A DNA stretch of 23,885 nt, taken from IMG/VR virus record IMGVR_UViG_3300010262_000019; one strand, 5' to 3'. Below the pieces are notes generated by a model that was not told the DNA's origin, ran no database searches, and worked only from the letters and a program-made list of their open reading frames with translations. A program made the position numbers and the translations under genes. Below are positions 8,249 through 16,790 of this stretch, piece by piece. Numbering within the stretch: position 1 is the stretch's first letter; each line of letters starts with the position of its first letter. The stretch is from a virus. Its lineage: Duplodnaviria; Heunggongvirae; Uroviricota; Caudoviricetes.

Positions 8249-8743
8249 CTATCTGAGTTGAACATCAATGGAATAAATATCACCACTCTTTATAAATTTA
8301 GAATCTGTCCTTTCATCAAAAGATTCAAATGACTGTACCTTTAAAAACTTTTTCATTTTATTTTCAAAAATACTTTCATTAACACCAGTTAAATACTTGA
8401 ATGCTCTACCAGCAAGGACCTCATTACTTAAATCCATTGTGTTTTTATTGTCTTTGAAAAACCAAACAATAACCTTTTGTGGGCATGATGGATTATAAAC
8501 AGATATATAAAACTGCGGTTCATATTTTTCATCAGCGTCATCACTAAGCATTTCTTCAGAAGATAATTCTCTTCTGAATTCATATTGCCGCTTAGTTATT
8601 CCTTCATCCTTTATTATCTCTTGTTTAACTGGTGCAATACCTATAGAAGAGATTAATTCTGACTCATTAAAGCTGAACTTACACTCTTCCGCAGCCAAGT
8701 TAAAAGATAAAAGTGCAGATATAAAAAAAACAAAGATACGCAT
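8249..8743 (-). CDS. Hypothetical secreted protein encoded by an AT-rich moron; function unknown
   Basis: The ORF lies in a roughly 0.6-kb AT-rich island inside an otherwise GC-rich structural operon. The preferred start is the third ATG (MRIFVFFISALLSFNLAAEE...), which has GAAGGG 6 nt upstream. The N-terminus is a typical signal peptide (basic n-region, hydrophobic core, Ala-rich cleavage region). The mature protein is acidic/Lys-rich with two Cys residues. Confidence 0.6.
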   Translation of the reverse strand: MRIFVFFISALLSFNLAAEECKFSFNESELISSIGIAPVKQEIIKDEGITKRQYEFRRELSSEEMLSDDADEKYEPQFYISVYNPSCPQKVIVWFFKDNKNTMDLSNEVLAGRAFKYLTGVNESIFENKMKKFLKVQSFESFDERTDSKFIKSGDIYSIDVQLR

Positions 8744-8773
8744 AATCATCCCTTCAATCATTTGTAAGGAATG

Positions 8774-8802
8774 ATTATATTAACTACTTAAATCTGAAAA
8801 CC
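8774..8802 (-). promoter_or_regulatory. Candidate sigma70 promoter for the moron gene
   Basis: A perfect TATAAT (minus strand, 8779-8774) about 30 nt upstream of the preferred start, with a weak -35 (gttttc) 17 bp further upstream in an AT-rich tract. Confidence 0.35.
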
Positions 8803-8842
8803 CAAATTATGCCAGACAAAAACACATTAATCATTTTGTACA

Positions 8843-10675
8843 CTACCTGAACCGCGTATAGCCAACATCATGGCTGACATCAAAACCGCTGGATCGCGTT
8901 TCCATAACCCGCATACCCGGAGGCGAATTCACAAAAGATACCTTGATCTCACCATCAACTTTTGGCACAGAAGCTTTGTTAATCATGAAGGGATTCGAGC
9001 CTGTGGCATCGGAGGCGTTGTTTGCCTGAGCCGGATCCACCGCCGGATAAGGAGTGTATCCCCGTGGCGGTATTCCCGTCCCATAAGCATCATAAGCACC
9101 CGCGCCCCACTGCGCCGAGTTAATGGCATCGACCGTGTCACCGGAACTGTCGGTAAACCATTCAATAATCGGCTTCAGCTTACCCCACATATCCTGAAAC
9201 CACTTAACAACCGGTCCCCAGTTATTGATCACCATCCCCAGCGGCGACCAGGCAAAAACCTTCTTCAGAAGTTCCCAACCTGCCTCAAAATAAGGACCAA
9301 TGGTTTCCCAGAGCTTCTTGAAATAAGGTCCGACAACATCCCAGTTAGTGATAATTAATCCCGCAGCCAGAGCAATCGCCGTCGCAATCATGCCAATCGG
9401 CGTCATCGACATGATCCTGCTGACAATACTGATGGCACTGCCCACGCCCATCAATCCCAGTTTCAGAATCGCAAGACCGGCAGCAAGCCCGACGACGCCG
9501 CGAATAACCCGGGGATTTTCATCCGCAAACTTCGTGAATTTCTCCCCCAACTCCCCCAGCCATTGTGTGATATTTTTAGCGTCACCAGAAAATGCGCCGC
9601 CAATAGCCGCAAGGCCGTTAGTTGCGGTCCCTGTCATTGCCTCCCACAGGTTGGACAGCGTACCAAGCTGTGCCTGAACACGTTTATTCAGGCTGGCCTG
9701 TTTATTCATCTTCTGCTGGATCTGATCGTAGCCATCCTTTCCTTTATCGATTAGTGCATTGACCACCTGAAGGGTTTCGGCATCATCACCAAATATTGCC
9801 TTAAGTACACCTGTTCGCTTAACGTCGGTCAGTTTTCGCAGCTTTGCCAGTTGCCTGAACATGTTATCAAGACCGCCAAAACTTCCTTTGCCGTCAGTAA
9901 AATCGAGCTGTACCCCGAGTTTCTGGCGGGCCATAACTTTATTAACGTCCCTGATTTTCTTAACGCTTAATCCGGACTGGATAACTTTTCGCAGGGCATT
10001 ACCTGCCGACTCCCCGTTCATCCCCATCTGATCCATCATGACGCTGATGGGGGCAAGGCTCTGTGCAGCCTGAAGACCATCCTTGTTCACCATCTTCAGA
10101 ACAGAACTGGTTTTAGTGAAGAAGGACAACATGTTGGTATCGTCAACGCCCAGATAAAACGCCTTCTGGATAGTGTCGAACAGCCCCATCATGTCTTCTG
10201 ACGCCGTTCCGGTAGCATCCTGCATCTTTGCAGCAAACTCAGCAGCCGCTTCCGGTGTTTTTTTCAGTTGTACCGCAAGATAAGCTGTCGCTTTACCCAC
10301 ACCACCCAGAATGTTTTCTGCCGGGATCCCCTGACGCACCAGCATCTGCATCATGTTCTGGAAATCAGCCGTTGTACCGGGTAGCTGGTTACCCAGGCCA
10401 ATAGCCAGTTTATTGATGTCCTGAAAGCTCTTTCCAACCTCGCCGTTCGCATCCATCATGGCGACTTTCAGCCCGGTGGCGGCGTTTTCCTGATCGGCAT
10501 AAGATTTCAGGGAAAGCGTCAGACCCGCTGCCAGTCCGCCACCAAGCGCCAGCCCACCCTGTGACGCTTCTTCCGCCTGGCGTTTAAATCCCCGGATTTT
10601 CTTTTGCATTTTCGACAGCGCGGGAGAAAGCCTGTCGACACCGGTGATCAACGCCTTAAGCTCAAATTCAGCCAT
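8843..10675 (-). CDS. Tail tape-measure protein
   Basis: 610-aa ORF immediately downstream of the tail assembly chaperone pair, with a Gly/Ala-rich, helical-looking sequence and an internal hydrophobic stretch; position is diagnostic. Confidence 0.8.
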   Translation of the reverse strand: MAEFELKALITGVDRLSPALSKMQKKIRGFKRQAEEASQGGLALGGGLAAGLTLSLKSYADQENAATGLKVAMMDANGEVGKSFQDINKLAIGLGNQLPGTTADFQNMMQMLVRQGIPAENILGGVGKATAYLAVQLKKTPEAAAEFAAKMQDATGTASEDMMGLFDTIQKAFYLGVDDTNMLSFFTKTSSVLKMVNKDGLQAAQSLAPISVMMDQMGMNGESAGNALRKVIQSGLSVKKIRDVNKVMARQKLGVQLDFTDGKGSFGGLDNMFRQLAKLRKLTDVKRTGVLKAIFGDDAETLQVVNALIDKGKDGYDQIQQKMNKQASLNKRVQAQLGTLSNLWEAMTGTATNGLAAIGGAFSGDAKNITQWLGELGEKFTKFADENPRVIRGVVGLAAGLAILKLGLMGVGSAISIVSRIMSMTPIGMIATAIALAAGLIITNWDVVGPYFKKLWETIGPYFEAGWELLKKVFAWSPLGMVINNWGPVVKWFQDMWGKLKPIIEWFTDSSGDTVDAINSAQWGAGAYDAYGTGIPPRGYTPYPAVDPAQANNASDATGSNPFMINKASVPKVDGEIKVSFVNSPPGMRVMETRSSGFDVSHDVGYTRFR

Positions 10676-10850
10676 GTGTGCGTTTCTCCTGCTCTATCCT
10701 GTTTGCCTGACTGACCAGTAAGGGAATTTCACTGATCGGCATATTCAGCAATTCGAAAGGATTAATGCGCCAGTAGCTGGCGCAGTCAAAGAAGCGATCA
10801 GTGAGGTATTCAGCCGTCAGGCCTGGAGGAAAAAACCAGCCACAAGCCAC
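10668..10850 (-). CDS. Tail assembly chaperone frameshift extension (GT-like; expressed only as a -1 frameshift fusion with the upstream ORF)
   Basis: This ORF is in the -1 frame relative to 10817-11086, overlaps its 3' end, and has no RBS of its own. The slippery heptamer U UUU UUC (plus-strand 10829-10835) lies in the overlap. Confidence 0.6.
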   Translation of the reverse strand: MACGWFFPPGLTAEYLTDRFFDCASYWRINPFELLNMPISEIPLLVSQANRIEQEKRTHG

Positions 10851-11086
10851 GCCGCTGCATTCAGGTCTGCCGGAGACATCTGGTCGACAGAGCTTTGCGG
10901 CACTTTCGCCAGCCGCACAATGTATTTCGATACCACATGCGCCAGAAGTCTGACGGACTCATCCTGATTCATCTGGTAGGGATATCCCAGCTCGCGGACA
11001 TCTTTCCCGGTGGGTTCATCAAACTCCAGTACGGAGAGTGTCTCGCCATGAGCAGTAATCGGTTTCTTTAACTCAAGCTCTTTCAT
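10817..11086 (-). CDS. Tail assembly chaperone (G-like short product)
   Basis: 89-aa ORF between the tube and tape-measure genes; it ends just downstream of a slippery run (GGTTTTTTC). Confidence 0.7.
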   Translation of the reverse strand: MKELELKKPITAHGETLSVLEFDEPTGKDVRELGYPYQMNQDESVRLLAHVVSKYIVRLAKVPQSSVDQMSPADLNAAAWLVAGFFLQA

Positions 11087-11442
11087 TACTGGTAATCCCC
11101 TTCTTCACCGTGGAACTCAAGATCAACCGTGCCTTCTTCGGCATTATGGTTCGCTTCGCCGTGCAGCCAGGCAGACGACAGTACATAGACCTGACCGTTA
11201 GCCAGCTCGGCAGTGATGGTCATCTCATCAGACGAGGTGATTTTGCTCACCGGAAAATTCTTCGGCACCTTGAAGGTCCCTTTGACATAAGGTGCACGGT
11301 GAGTTTCCTTGCGGTCCACTGAACCGTCCAGGCCGATGATGTCATCATTAACCGTCCTGTTCATGGGCACCTCAATGCCGCCGGTCAGCGATAGCTGCTG
11401 ACCGTCAATTTTGAAATAACAGGTTCCCCCGATACGGGCCAT
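11086..11442 (-). CDS. Contractile tail tube protein (Mu gpM-like)
   Basis: 118-aa ORF directly downstream of the sheath gene; size and position typical of a myovirus tube protein. Confidence 0.75.
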   Translation of the reverse strand: MARIGGTCYFKIDGQQLSLTGGIEVPMNRTVNDDIIGLDGSVDRKETHRAPYVKGTFKVPKNFPVSKITSSDEMTITAELANGQVYVLSSAWLHGEANHNAEEGTVDLEFHGEEGDYQ

Positions 11443-12938
11443 TATGCAGACTCCTCTGAATACTGAAGACGGAACTGGTTAACCACGGCAAAGACACGCA
11501 ACTGGTTAACATAGTCAGGCGGGAACAGCGTGTTCAGGCGGTTCGGATCGCTGGCATCACGCTCCACAACCAGGTACTGCTTAAACAGTTCGTAGTTTTC
11601 CACGATCCCCGCACGCTCAAGCTGACGGTAGGTTGCCAGCAGTTCCCCTTTGATCACCGCCGGGGTGACAATCGCCTGACCGGGACCAAAGCGGGTACCG
11701 TCACTGGCAAGCTTGTGACGCCCGTACTTACTGGTAATGACGGATTTCAGTTTGCGCAGTACATACGCGCTGGTATGCAGCGTCTCACTGTCGAGGTAGC
11801 TGTTATCCGCAACCCCGTAAGCGTTTTTCCTGTACGTGGTGACATCACGCTGAATGCGTAGTACCCCGCTTTCGACATACGCCGTTGCCACGCCATGAGA
11901 CAGCAGGGTCTGTTGTTCGGTCATCGTGAACCGTTTCCCCTTCGGCGCAGGCAGCATACCCACCAGCTCACCGGTCTGCGTGGGACGTGCCGGATCGTTG
12001 CGAATAAACACCGCTGCGCGGGCGGTACGGCTTGCCGCCAGCTCGTCGGCAGGCGTCTGGGTCTCTTTTTCGTACCCCGCCAGGGTAATGTGCTGCTGGT
12101 TAAACTGATCACCTGCGGTCACCAGTTCTGACAGCGTGCCGATCTTTGCCGTATACACATGACCATACAGCTGACGTGCATAGCTCCAGCGACCGCTGGT
12201 ATCGTTCATCTCGGTCACCAGCGTGTTAACGGAGGCCGTGTCGTTGAACGGCAGACCGATATAATCAAACGGCTCATCCGCCATTGCAGCCACCGCGCCG
12301 GTGAGAACAGGAGCGCCCGTTCCGGCGGTCCCCGCCGCCACGGCAATCTGTACGCCCGCTGGCAGCACTTCGCCCCCACCAAAGCCGTAGTAATTGAGGC
12401 TGACAGGAATTTCATTCCCGCAAAGCCCCTTATGACGCGCGGTCAGCGTGACCACGCCTGCCGAAGATGAGGCCGTAAACGGCAGAGCCGGAACGGCATT
12501 GATGGCATCCTTGATACTGCTGGCAATCGTCGCGACGTTATCGCCGTTGGTCACCGGTGCCTGCACGCGGGTACGTCCCACATAAACATTTACCGTGCCG
12601 GTTTCGGTTGCCGCCCCGGTCACCGTCAGCGTAACCGTTGCCGCCGCGCCCGTGGATTCAGGAACGGCAATCACATACAGCTCACCAAACGGGTCGGTCT
12701 GGCGATAAGCCTCGACCATACGCGCCAGCTGACTTCCCGCACCACAAATCTGACGTGCATAGTCTGCCGACGGCATCAGCACCAGACTGTTGGCAACAAT
12801 CTCTGCACCGTTATTGGCGTGACCAATCAGCAGCGATGCCCCGCTATCCTGGGCGGTGTTCGCCGCCGAGTTATCCATTTCCGCATAAAACAACGGAACC
12901 AGCGTATTCGACGGAATGGTGTTAAAGCTTATCGTCAT
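11442..12938 (-). CDS. Contractile tail sheath protein (Mu gpL-like)
   Basis: 498-aa ORF followed by the tube gene; size and sequence are consistent with the phage tail sheath family. Confidence 0.8.
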   Translation of the reverse strand: MTISFNTIPSNTLVPLFYAEMDNSAANTAQDSGASLLIGHANNGAEIVANSLVLMPSADYARQICGAGSQLARMVEAYRQTDPFGELYVIAVPESTGAAATVTLTVTGAATETGTVNVYVGRTRVQAPVTNGDNVATIASSIKDAINAVPALPFTASSSAGVVTLTARHKGLCGNEIPVSLNYYGFGGGEVLPAGVQIAVAAGTAGTGAPVLTGAVAAMADEPFDYIGLPFNDTASVNTLVTEMNDTSGRWSYARQLYGHVYTAKIGTLSELVTAGDQFNQQHITLAGYEKETQTPADELAASRTARAAVFIRNDPARPTQTGELVGMLPAPKGKRFTMTEQQTLLSHGVATAYVESGVLRIQRDVTTYRKNAYGVADNSYLDSETLHTSAYVLRKLKSVITSKYGRHKLASDGTRFGPGQAIVTPAVIKGELLATYRQLERAGIVENYELFKQYLVVERDASDPNRLNTLFPPDYVNQLRVFAVVNQFRLQYSEESA

Positions 12939-12957
12939 CGGTGTTCACCTTTTTATT

Positions 12958-13092
12958 CACGCGCCGGATATCACCCGCTGCTTCACGGCGCAGCCAGTAG
13001 TTGTTCTCATCAACATTTCGCCCCTCGGCGGGCAAAAGGTCGCCGCGGGCAGGGTCAGGCACTGACCGCCCTTTAACAGGTTTCACAAACAT
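12958..13092 (-). CDS. Possible small ORF (44 aa) between the gp37-like and sheath genes
   Basis: ATG at 13092-13090 to TGA at 12960-12958, read by hand as MFVKPVKGRSVPDPARGDLLPAEGRNVDENNYWLRREAAGDIRR. It fills the only gap in this part of the operon but is too short to judge. Confidence 0.2.
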
Positions 13093-13100
13093 GAGGATCC

Positions 13101-13661
13101 TCAGGAAGGAAGGGTTATTTCGGTGTGATGTTCGATATCGCCGTCAGGCCCGTTACCGGGATCGAGATAATCAACATCAATCGCCAGCGTTTGCAGTTCA
13201 TCCAGACTGTTCAGGTCATCCTGCTGGCGGGTATCGTCTTCGGTCAGCTCGCTGATGACCGAAAAATCGAACTGATAAATCAGCTCATGACGATTCAGAT
13301 CCAGCAGCGTGCCGCCGTCATAGGTAATCGGGTTACCGCACGCTTCCGGGTTCCAGCCCAGCAGGGCCTTAAAGAGCATCTGCCGGACATCGTCCACCAC
13401 ATCATACGAAGCAAACTGACCGCGCTCATCACGCCCGTTACTCAGTATGATAACCACGGAGAAGCCCTCTTTCAGCTCCTGCCAGTAGTCGGTCTGGCTT
13501 TTGTTTTCTCCCGGAGAGTCATCACCCGGTACCACATACGCCGCCGGGAGTCTCAGCTTTCCGACCTCCGGCAGATTTTTGAACTGTGCCGCGCCTGCCA
13601 CCCGGTTTTCAAAATACGGGCAGCGGGCACGCAGCGCAGCAATAACAGGCGTCAGTTTCAT
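13101..13661 (-). CDS. Mu gp37-like virion protein (putative tail completion/terminator)
   Basis: 186-aa ORF between the head-tail joining genes and the sheath gene; the family assignment is from memory of Mu-like gene order and sequence. Confidence 0.5.
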   Translation of the reverse strand: MKLTPVIAALRARCPYFENRVAGAAQFKNLPEVGKLRLPAAYVVPGDDSPGENKSQTDYWQELKEGFSVVIILSNGRDERGQFASYDVVDDVRQMLFKALLGWNPEACGNPITYDGGTLLDLNRHELIYQFDFSVISELTEDDTRQQDDLNSLDELQTLAIDVDYLDPGNGPDGDIEHHTEITLPS

Positions 13662-14164
13662 CTGCGTCGTCGCTCCGGCTTCAGTGATTTACGTAATTCT
13701 CGCGCCAGAAAATAGCGTGTCCAGCTGCGGTTCTTTTCAAGAGTTTCCACCATAAAGTTATTACGTGGAGCCAGCCGCCAGCCGCTGCCACCGGATGCAC
13801 CACGATGATGACTACGACGACGTTTTGCTCCTCCCCGGACACCAAAAAACAGAAACGCCGGATAGAAGTCACCAGAGATCATCCGGTTCCCCTTCCCGTT
13901 GCGCTGGTTAGGGGCAATGCGTGTCATAAAACCGGCTCGCTTTTTACTGGCTCTCGGCACCATGTAACCAATCGAACGAGCCAGGCGTCCGGTCTGATAA
14001 CCGGGGTTTTCACCCGGTGCCGACCGCGCACGGCGCATCACCAGCCGACGGGCATCACGCATATGACGCTGCCCAATCGTGACAAACGCCCGCCGGACAC
14101 GGGCGCGGTTAAAGCGCATCTCGGCGGGCTGCTGAACATCAACGTGAAAAAAGGGAGTCGCCAT
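13658..14164 (-). CDS. HK97 gp10-like head-tail joining / virion morphogenesis protein
   Basis: 168-aa basic ORF following the head-tail adaptor gene. The start may be the internal Met (MRFNRARV...) because the first ATG overlaps the upstream gene by 26 nt. Confidence 0.45.
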   Translation of the reverse strand: MATPFFHVDVQQPAEMRFNRARVRRAFVTIGQRHMRDARRLVMRRARSAPGENPGYQTGRLARSIGYMVPRASKKRAGFMTRIAPNQRNGKGNRMISGDFYPAFLFFGVRGGAKRRRSHHRGASGGSGWRLAPRNNFMVETLEKNRSWTRYFLARELRKSLKPERRRR

Positions 14165-14549
14165 TGCTGCCTCCGTGACTCTGCGTAAATTCGCCCAGTT
14201 CCGTACACTCCAGCAGCAGAAAGCGCCGCGCCCCGTTCAGATCGCGCTGACGTTTCACCCGGTACACACTGTCATCACAGACCACCTCATAATCAGCAGT
14301 GATCCCGCGGCGGTAGCGAATGGTGATGTAATGGGTGATGGCATCTCCGGTCTGCGCGGTTTCCTGCCAGGTGGTGGCACTGGTCTGGATAACCTTCGCC
14401 CATGCCCGGAACGCAACCGGGTATTGAGGCTCCACGCCAAAGTTATCCGCGGGCATATCCACCCGCTGGCGGATCAGGACGCGTTTATTCAGTTCGCCGG
14501 GGTCCGGCAGTATGTAGGTTGCGCTGGTCTGCGCCTGACGAATTTTCAT
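14139..14549 (-). CDS. Head-tail adaptor / head closure protein
   Basis: 136-aa ORF directly after the gp6-like connector gene; position and size fit the head closure family. Confidence 0.55.
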   Translation of the reverse strand: MKIRQAQTSATYILPDPGELNKRVLIRQRVDMPADNFGVEPQYPVAFRAWAKVIQTSATTWQETAQTGDAITHYITIRYRRGITADYEVVCDDSVYRVKRQRDLNGARRFLLLECTELGEFTQSHGGSNGDSLFSR

Positions 14550-14869
14550 AGTGGTATAAGGCGATAAGGAGCAACCAACCAGTTAAAGCTCATTGGCAAC
14601 TCCATTTTCTCAACGTCTGTAACCGTTGAGCGGTTTTCGTAGAAATGGCTGACAAGTAGCAGGAGCGCCAGCTTCACATCATCAGATATCACAAGCCCAT
14701 CAGGATCATCCGCAGGCCTGTCATCTGCGGTTGCATACAACGTACGGTTAAGGAAGTTTTCCGTCCGACTCTGAGCGGCCTTCCCAAGTAGTTCAAGCAA
14801 CTCATCTTCATCAGAGAAATCATCATCCAGACGAAGCTGAAGCTTAATCTCTTCCATTTTTAACAGCAT
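14546..14869 (-). CDS. gp6-like head-tail connector protein
   Basis: Preferred start MLLKMEEIKLQ... has AGGAGG 4 nt upstream; the longer ORF in the track (to 14914) would begin inside a hairpin. It is the first gene after the major capsid gene. Confidence 0.6.
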   Translation of the reverse strand: MLLKMEEIKLQLRLDDDFSDEDELLELLGKAAQSRTENFLNRTLYATADDRPADDPDGLVISDDVKLALLLLVSHFYENRSTVTDVEKMELPMSFNWLVAPYRLIPL

Positions 14870-14879
14870 AAAACCTCCT

Positions 14880-14923
14880 GTGCCCGCCAGAACGCGGGCA
14901 CAAAAAAACCGCATTACGCGGCG
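14880..14923 (-). terminator. Hairpin/attenuator region downstream of the major capsid gene
   Basis: On the minus-strand RNA a short hairpin (ccgcguaaugcgg) is followed by UUUUUUU, then a perfect 8-bp GC stem (gugcccgc-guucug-gcgggcac) directly before the AGGAGG of the next gene. Confidence 0.35.
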
Positions 14924-14947
14924 TGCTGTATTACGTAAAAAGACTAA

Positions 14948-16177
14948 TCAACCACCAACGCTACCTTTCCCCACCAGCGCTTTAATGGCAGAGGTGTCTT
15001 CCAGAATACAGTCAAAACGATGGAAGGCCAGAAAACCGGTCTGATCATATTCTGCGTAACGCTCAACCAGACGTTTAAGAATCATGTATCGCACACGACG
15101 GATAATGAAGCGATCAAAGTCACCACAGAACATGAATTTTTTACCCGCCCCGATATCATCAATTTCCTGATCAATGACATACGGTACATTCAACACTGAA
15201 GCAGGTGCCACACCAACAATATCCGGCAACCATAAAGGGCGTCCCTGACCGTCTTCCATCTCACTGATCAGTTTCAGCGTATTATCGTTAAACGCCAGGC
15301 GGAATTTCGGTCCGCGACGATATGCAGGATCAATGCTGTGTTTCAGAGCCAGAATTTCCTGCCACTTCACCGCATTTGCCGCGGCAGTCTGTGTTGTGCC
15401 GGTCACTGATGCTGCCAGCCCTTTGGGTTGTTTAGGCGTACCAGCCCCCGTCCCCTGAATCAGATAACGGGCTTCACCACGACCAATACGTTCAGCAATG
15501 CGACGGGCAAGATAAGCTTCCATATCGATCGCACTGTCCTGCAGCAACTCATTAGACACACGAATTATTTTCGATGTCATTTTGAGCGCCCCAAGGCTTC
15601 CCATACCGAAATCGGTGTCTTCTTCACCGGCTTCTTCATTTTCGCCCAGCAGAACACCAACTTCGGAAGTACCATCAGCTGTTGCCCACTCCATAGTGCG
15701 ACCGTCAGAAGTGGTAAGAATCTGCGCCACACTGGCGATGCCACCGTAGGATTTCATCTTCTCAACAACTTTCGCCAGGAATGTTTCTGGTACGGTATAT
15801 CCGCCCTTTTCATCCTGAGCTACGCCCTGGGCACGAAGTTCACGCAACGCCTTTCGTTCTTCTGATGTCAGCTCACTGGCACCGTGACGCATCCACTTAT
15901 CAAAAACCTGAGCTCGTTTCTCATCCTGTTGCGGATTGTTTTCCGGATCAAGATTCTGACGCTGCTCTTCCTCATTGCTTTCAATGTACGCCTGATCCTG
16001 ACGACGCAGTTCTTCTTCGCGTGCAATTCGTTCATCAAGCGCTTCCAGTTCGGATTTTGCTTTGTTCCACTCAGTGCGCTGCTCTTCCGTCCATGCGTTA
16101 TCACCAATTTTTTCATTCAGGGCGCGCATGTCAGTTGCGATAGTATTACGTTTCTGTTTCAGTTCATGCAGTTTCAT
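14948..16177 (-). CDS. Major capsid protein, HK97 family
   Basis: 409-aa ORF with a long N-terminal coiled-coil-like delta domain (residues about 1-100, rich in E/K/R/Q) followed by a capsid core, located after the prohead protease gene. Confidence 0.85.
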   Translation of the reverse strand: MKLHELKQKRNTIATDMRALNEKIGDNAWTEEQRTEWNKAKSELEALDERIAREEELRRQDQAYIESNEEEQRQNLDPENNPQQDEKRAQVFDKWMRHGASELTSEERKALRELRAQGVAQDEKGGYTVPETFLAKVVEKMKSYGGIASVAQILTTSDGRTMEWATADGTSEVGVLLGENEEAGEEDTDFGMGSLGALKMTSKIIRVSNELLQDSAIDMEAYLARRIAERIGRGEARYLIQGTGAGTPKQPKGLAASVTGTTQTAAANAVKWQEILALKHSIDPAYRRGPKFRLAFNDNTLKLISEMEDGQGRPLWLPDIVGVAPASVLNVPYVIDQEIDDIGAGKKFMFCGDFDRFIIRRVRYMILKRLVERYAEYDQTGFLAFHRFDCILEDTSAIKALVGKGSVGG

Positions 16178-16187
16178 GATGTTTCCT

Positions 16188-16790
16188 TTACGCGTTAAGA
16201 AGGGTCAGGACGCGTTCACGCGCCATACGTTGATTAATGGCTTTCTGTAGCGCGCCGCTGTTGCGCGCCTCCTGCCATGCTTTCATGGAGCGAACAGCCG
16301 AGTCAGCCTCCTGATAGGCAGGATATGTCACAGGACTGACATCCAGCAGACGGGAAAAGCGGGTTATCTCGCGAATAACAACCCCGTCCTCATCCTGATA
16401 CCACTCCTCGCCGTCACGGGCGACACGGAAAGCAAAAGATGACTGGTTAATATCTCCACGTTGCATCGGGGCCAGCACCAGATCACGAATGGTCTGTGTC
16501 TCCGGAGCCTGGATGTCATAGCGTAATCCGCGCTCATCAACTGAAAGATTCAGCGTGCCTGCTGCACTACGCCCAAGAATAAAATTAGGATCGTGGTTAA
16601 ACAGTGCGCGGACATCATCACCAAGCACATCGTCAAAAGCGCCGGGCCGGATGATTTCGCGGAATGAACCGAATATCAGCTCAGAACGACAGTCAAACAC
16701 CGATCCATAACCGATAATGTGCGCCGGGTTATCGTCATGCCTCTCAGCACGCACCTCACCGCTGTAACAACGGATTTCACGGTCATTCAT
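16188..16790 (-). CDS. Prohead maturation protease, HK97 family
   Basis: Preferred start MNDREIRCY..., whose ATG overlaps the portal stop (ATGAATGA). Located between the portal and capsid genes. Confidence 0.8.
   Translation of the reverse strand: MNDREIRCYSGEVRAERHDDNPAHIIGYGSVFDCRSELIFGSFREIIRPGAFDDVLGDDVRALFNHDPNFILGRSAAGTLNLSVDERGLRYDIQAPETQTIRDLVLAPMQRGDINQSSFAFRVARDGEEWYQDEDGVVIREITRFSRLLDVSPVTYPAYQEADSAVRSMKAWQEARNSGALQKAINQRMARERVLTLLNA

Noticed and set aside
8249-8761. Longer 170-aa version of the moron ORF starting MIEGMIM
   Set aside because: The first ATG lies only about 12 nt from the candidate -10 element and lacks an RBS; the third ATG (8743) has GAAGGG upstream and begins a canonical signal peptide.
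8159-8842. AT-rich island as an insertion sequence or transposon remnant
   Set aside because: No transposase-like ORF, no terminal inverted repeats and no flanking direct repeats were seen; the promoter-gene-terminator layout fits a moron.
13125-13715. 196-aa plus-strand ORF (and other long plus-strand ORFs such as 6981-7478, 8870-9358, 15428-15865, 19681-20121)
   Set aside because: They lie antisense to well-supported minus-strand structural genes in GC-rich DNA, have no RBS or family resemblance, and are best explained as shadow ORFs.
14546-14914. Longer 122-aa version of the gp6-like ORF starting MRFFCARV
   Set aside because: That start falls inside the GC hairpin at 14880-14901 and has no RBS; the internal start at 14869 has AGGAGG upstream.
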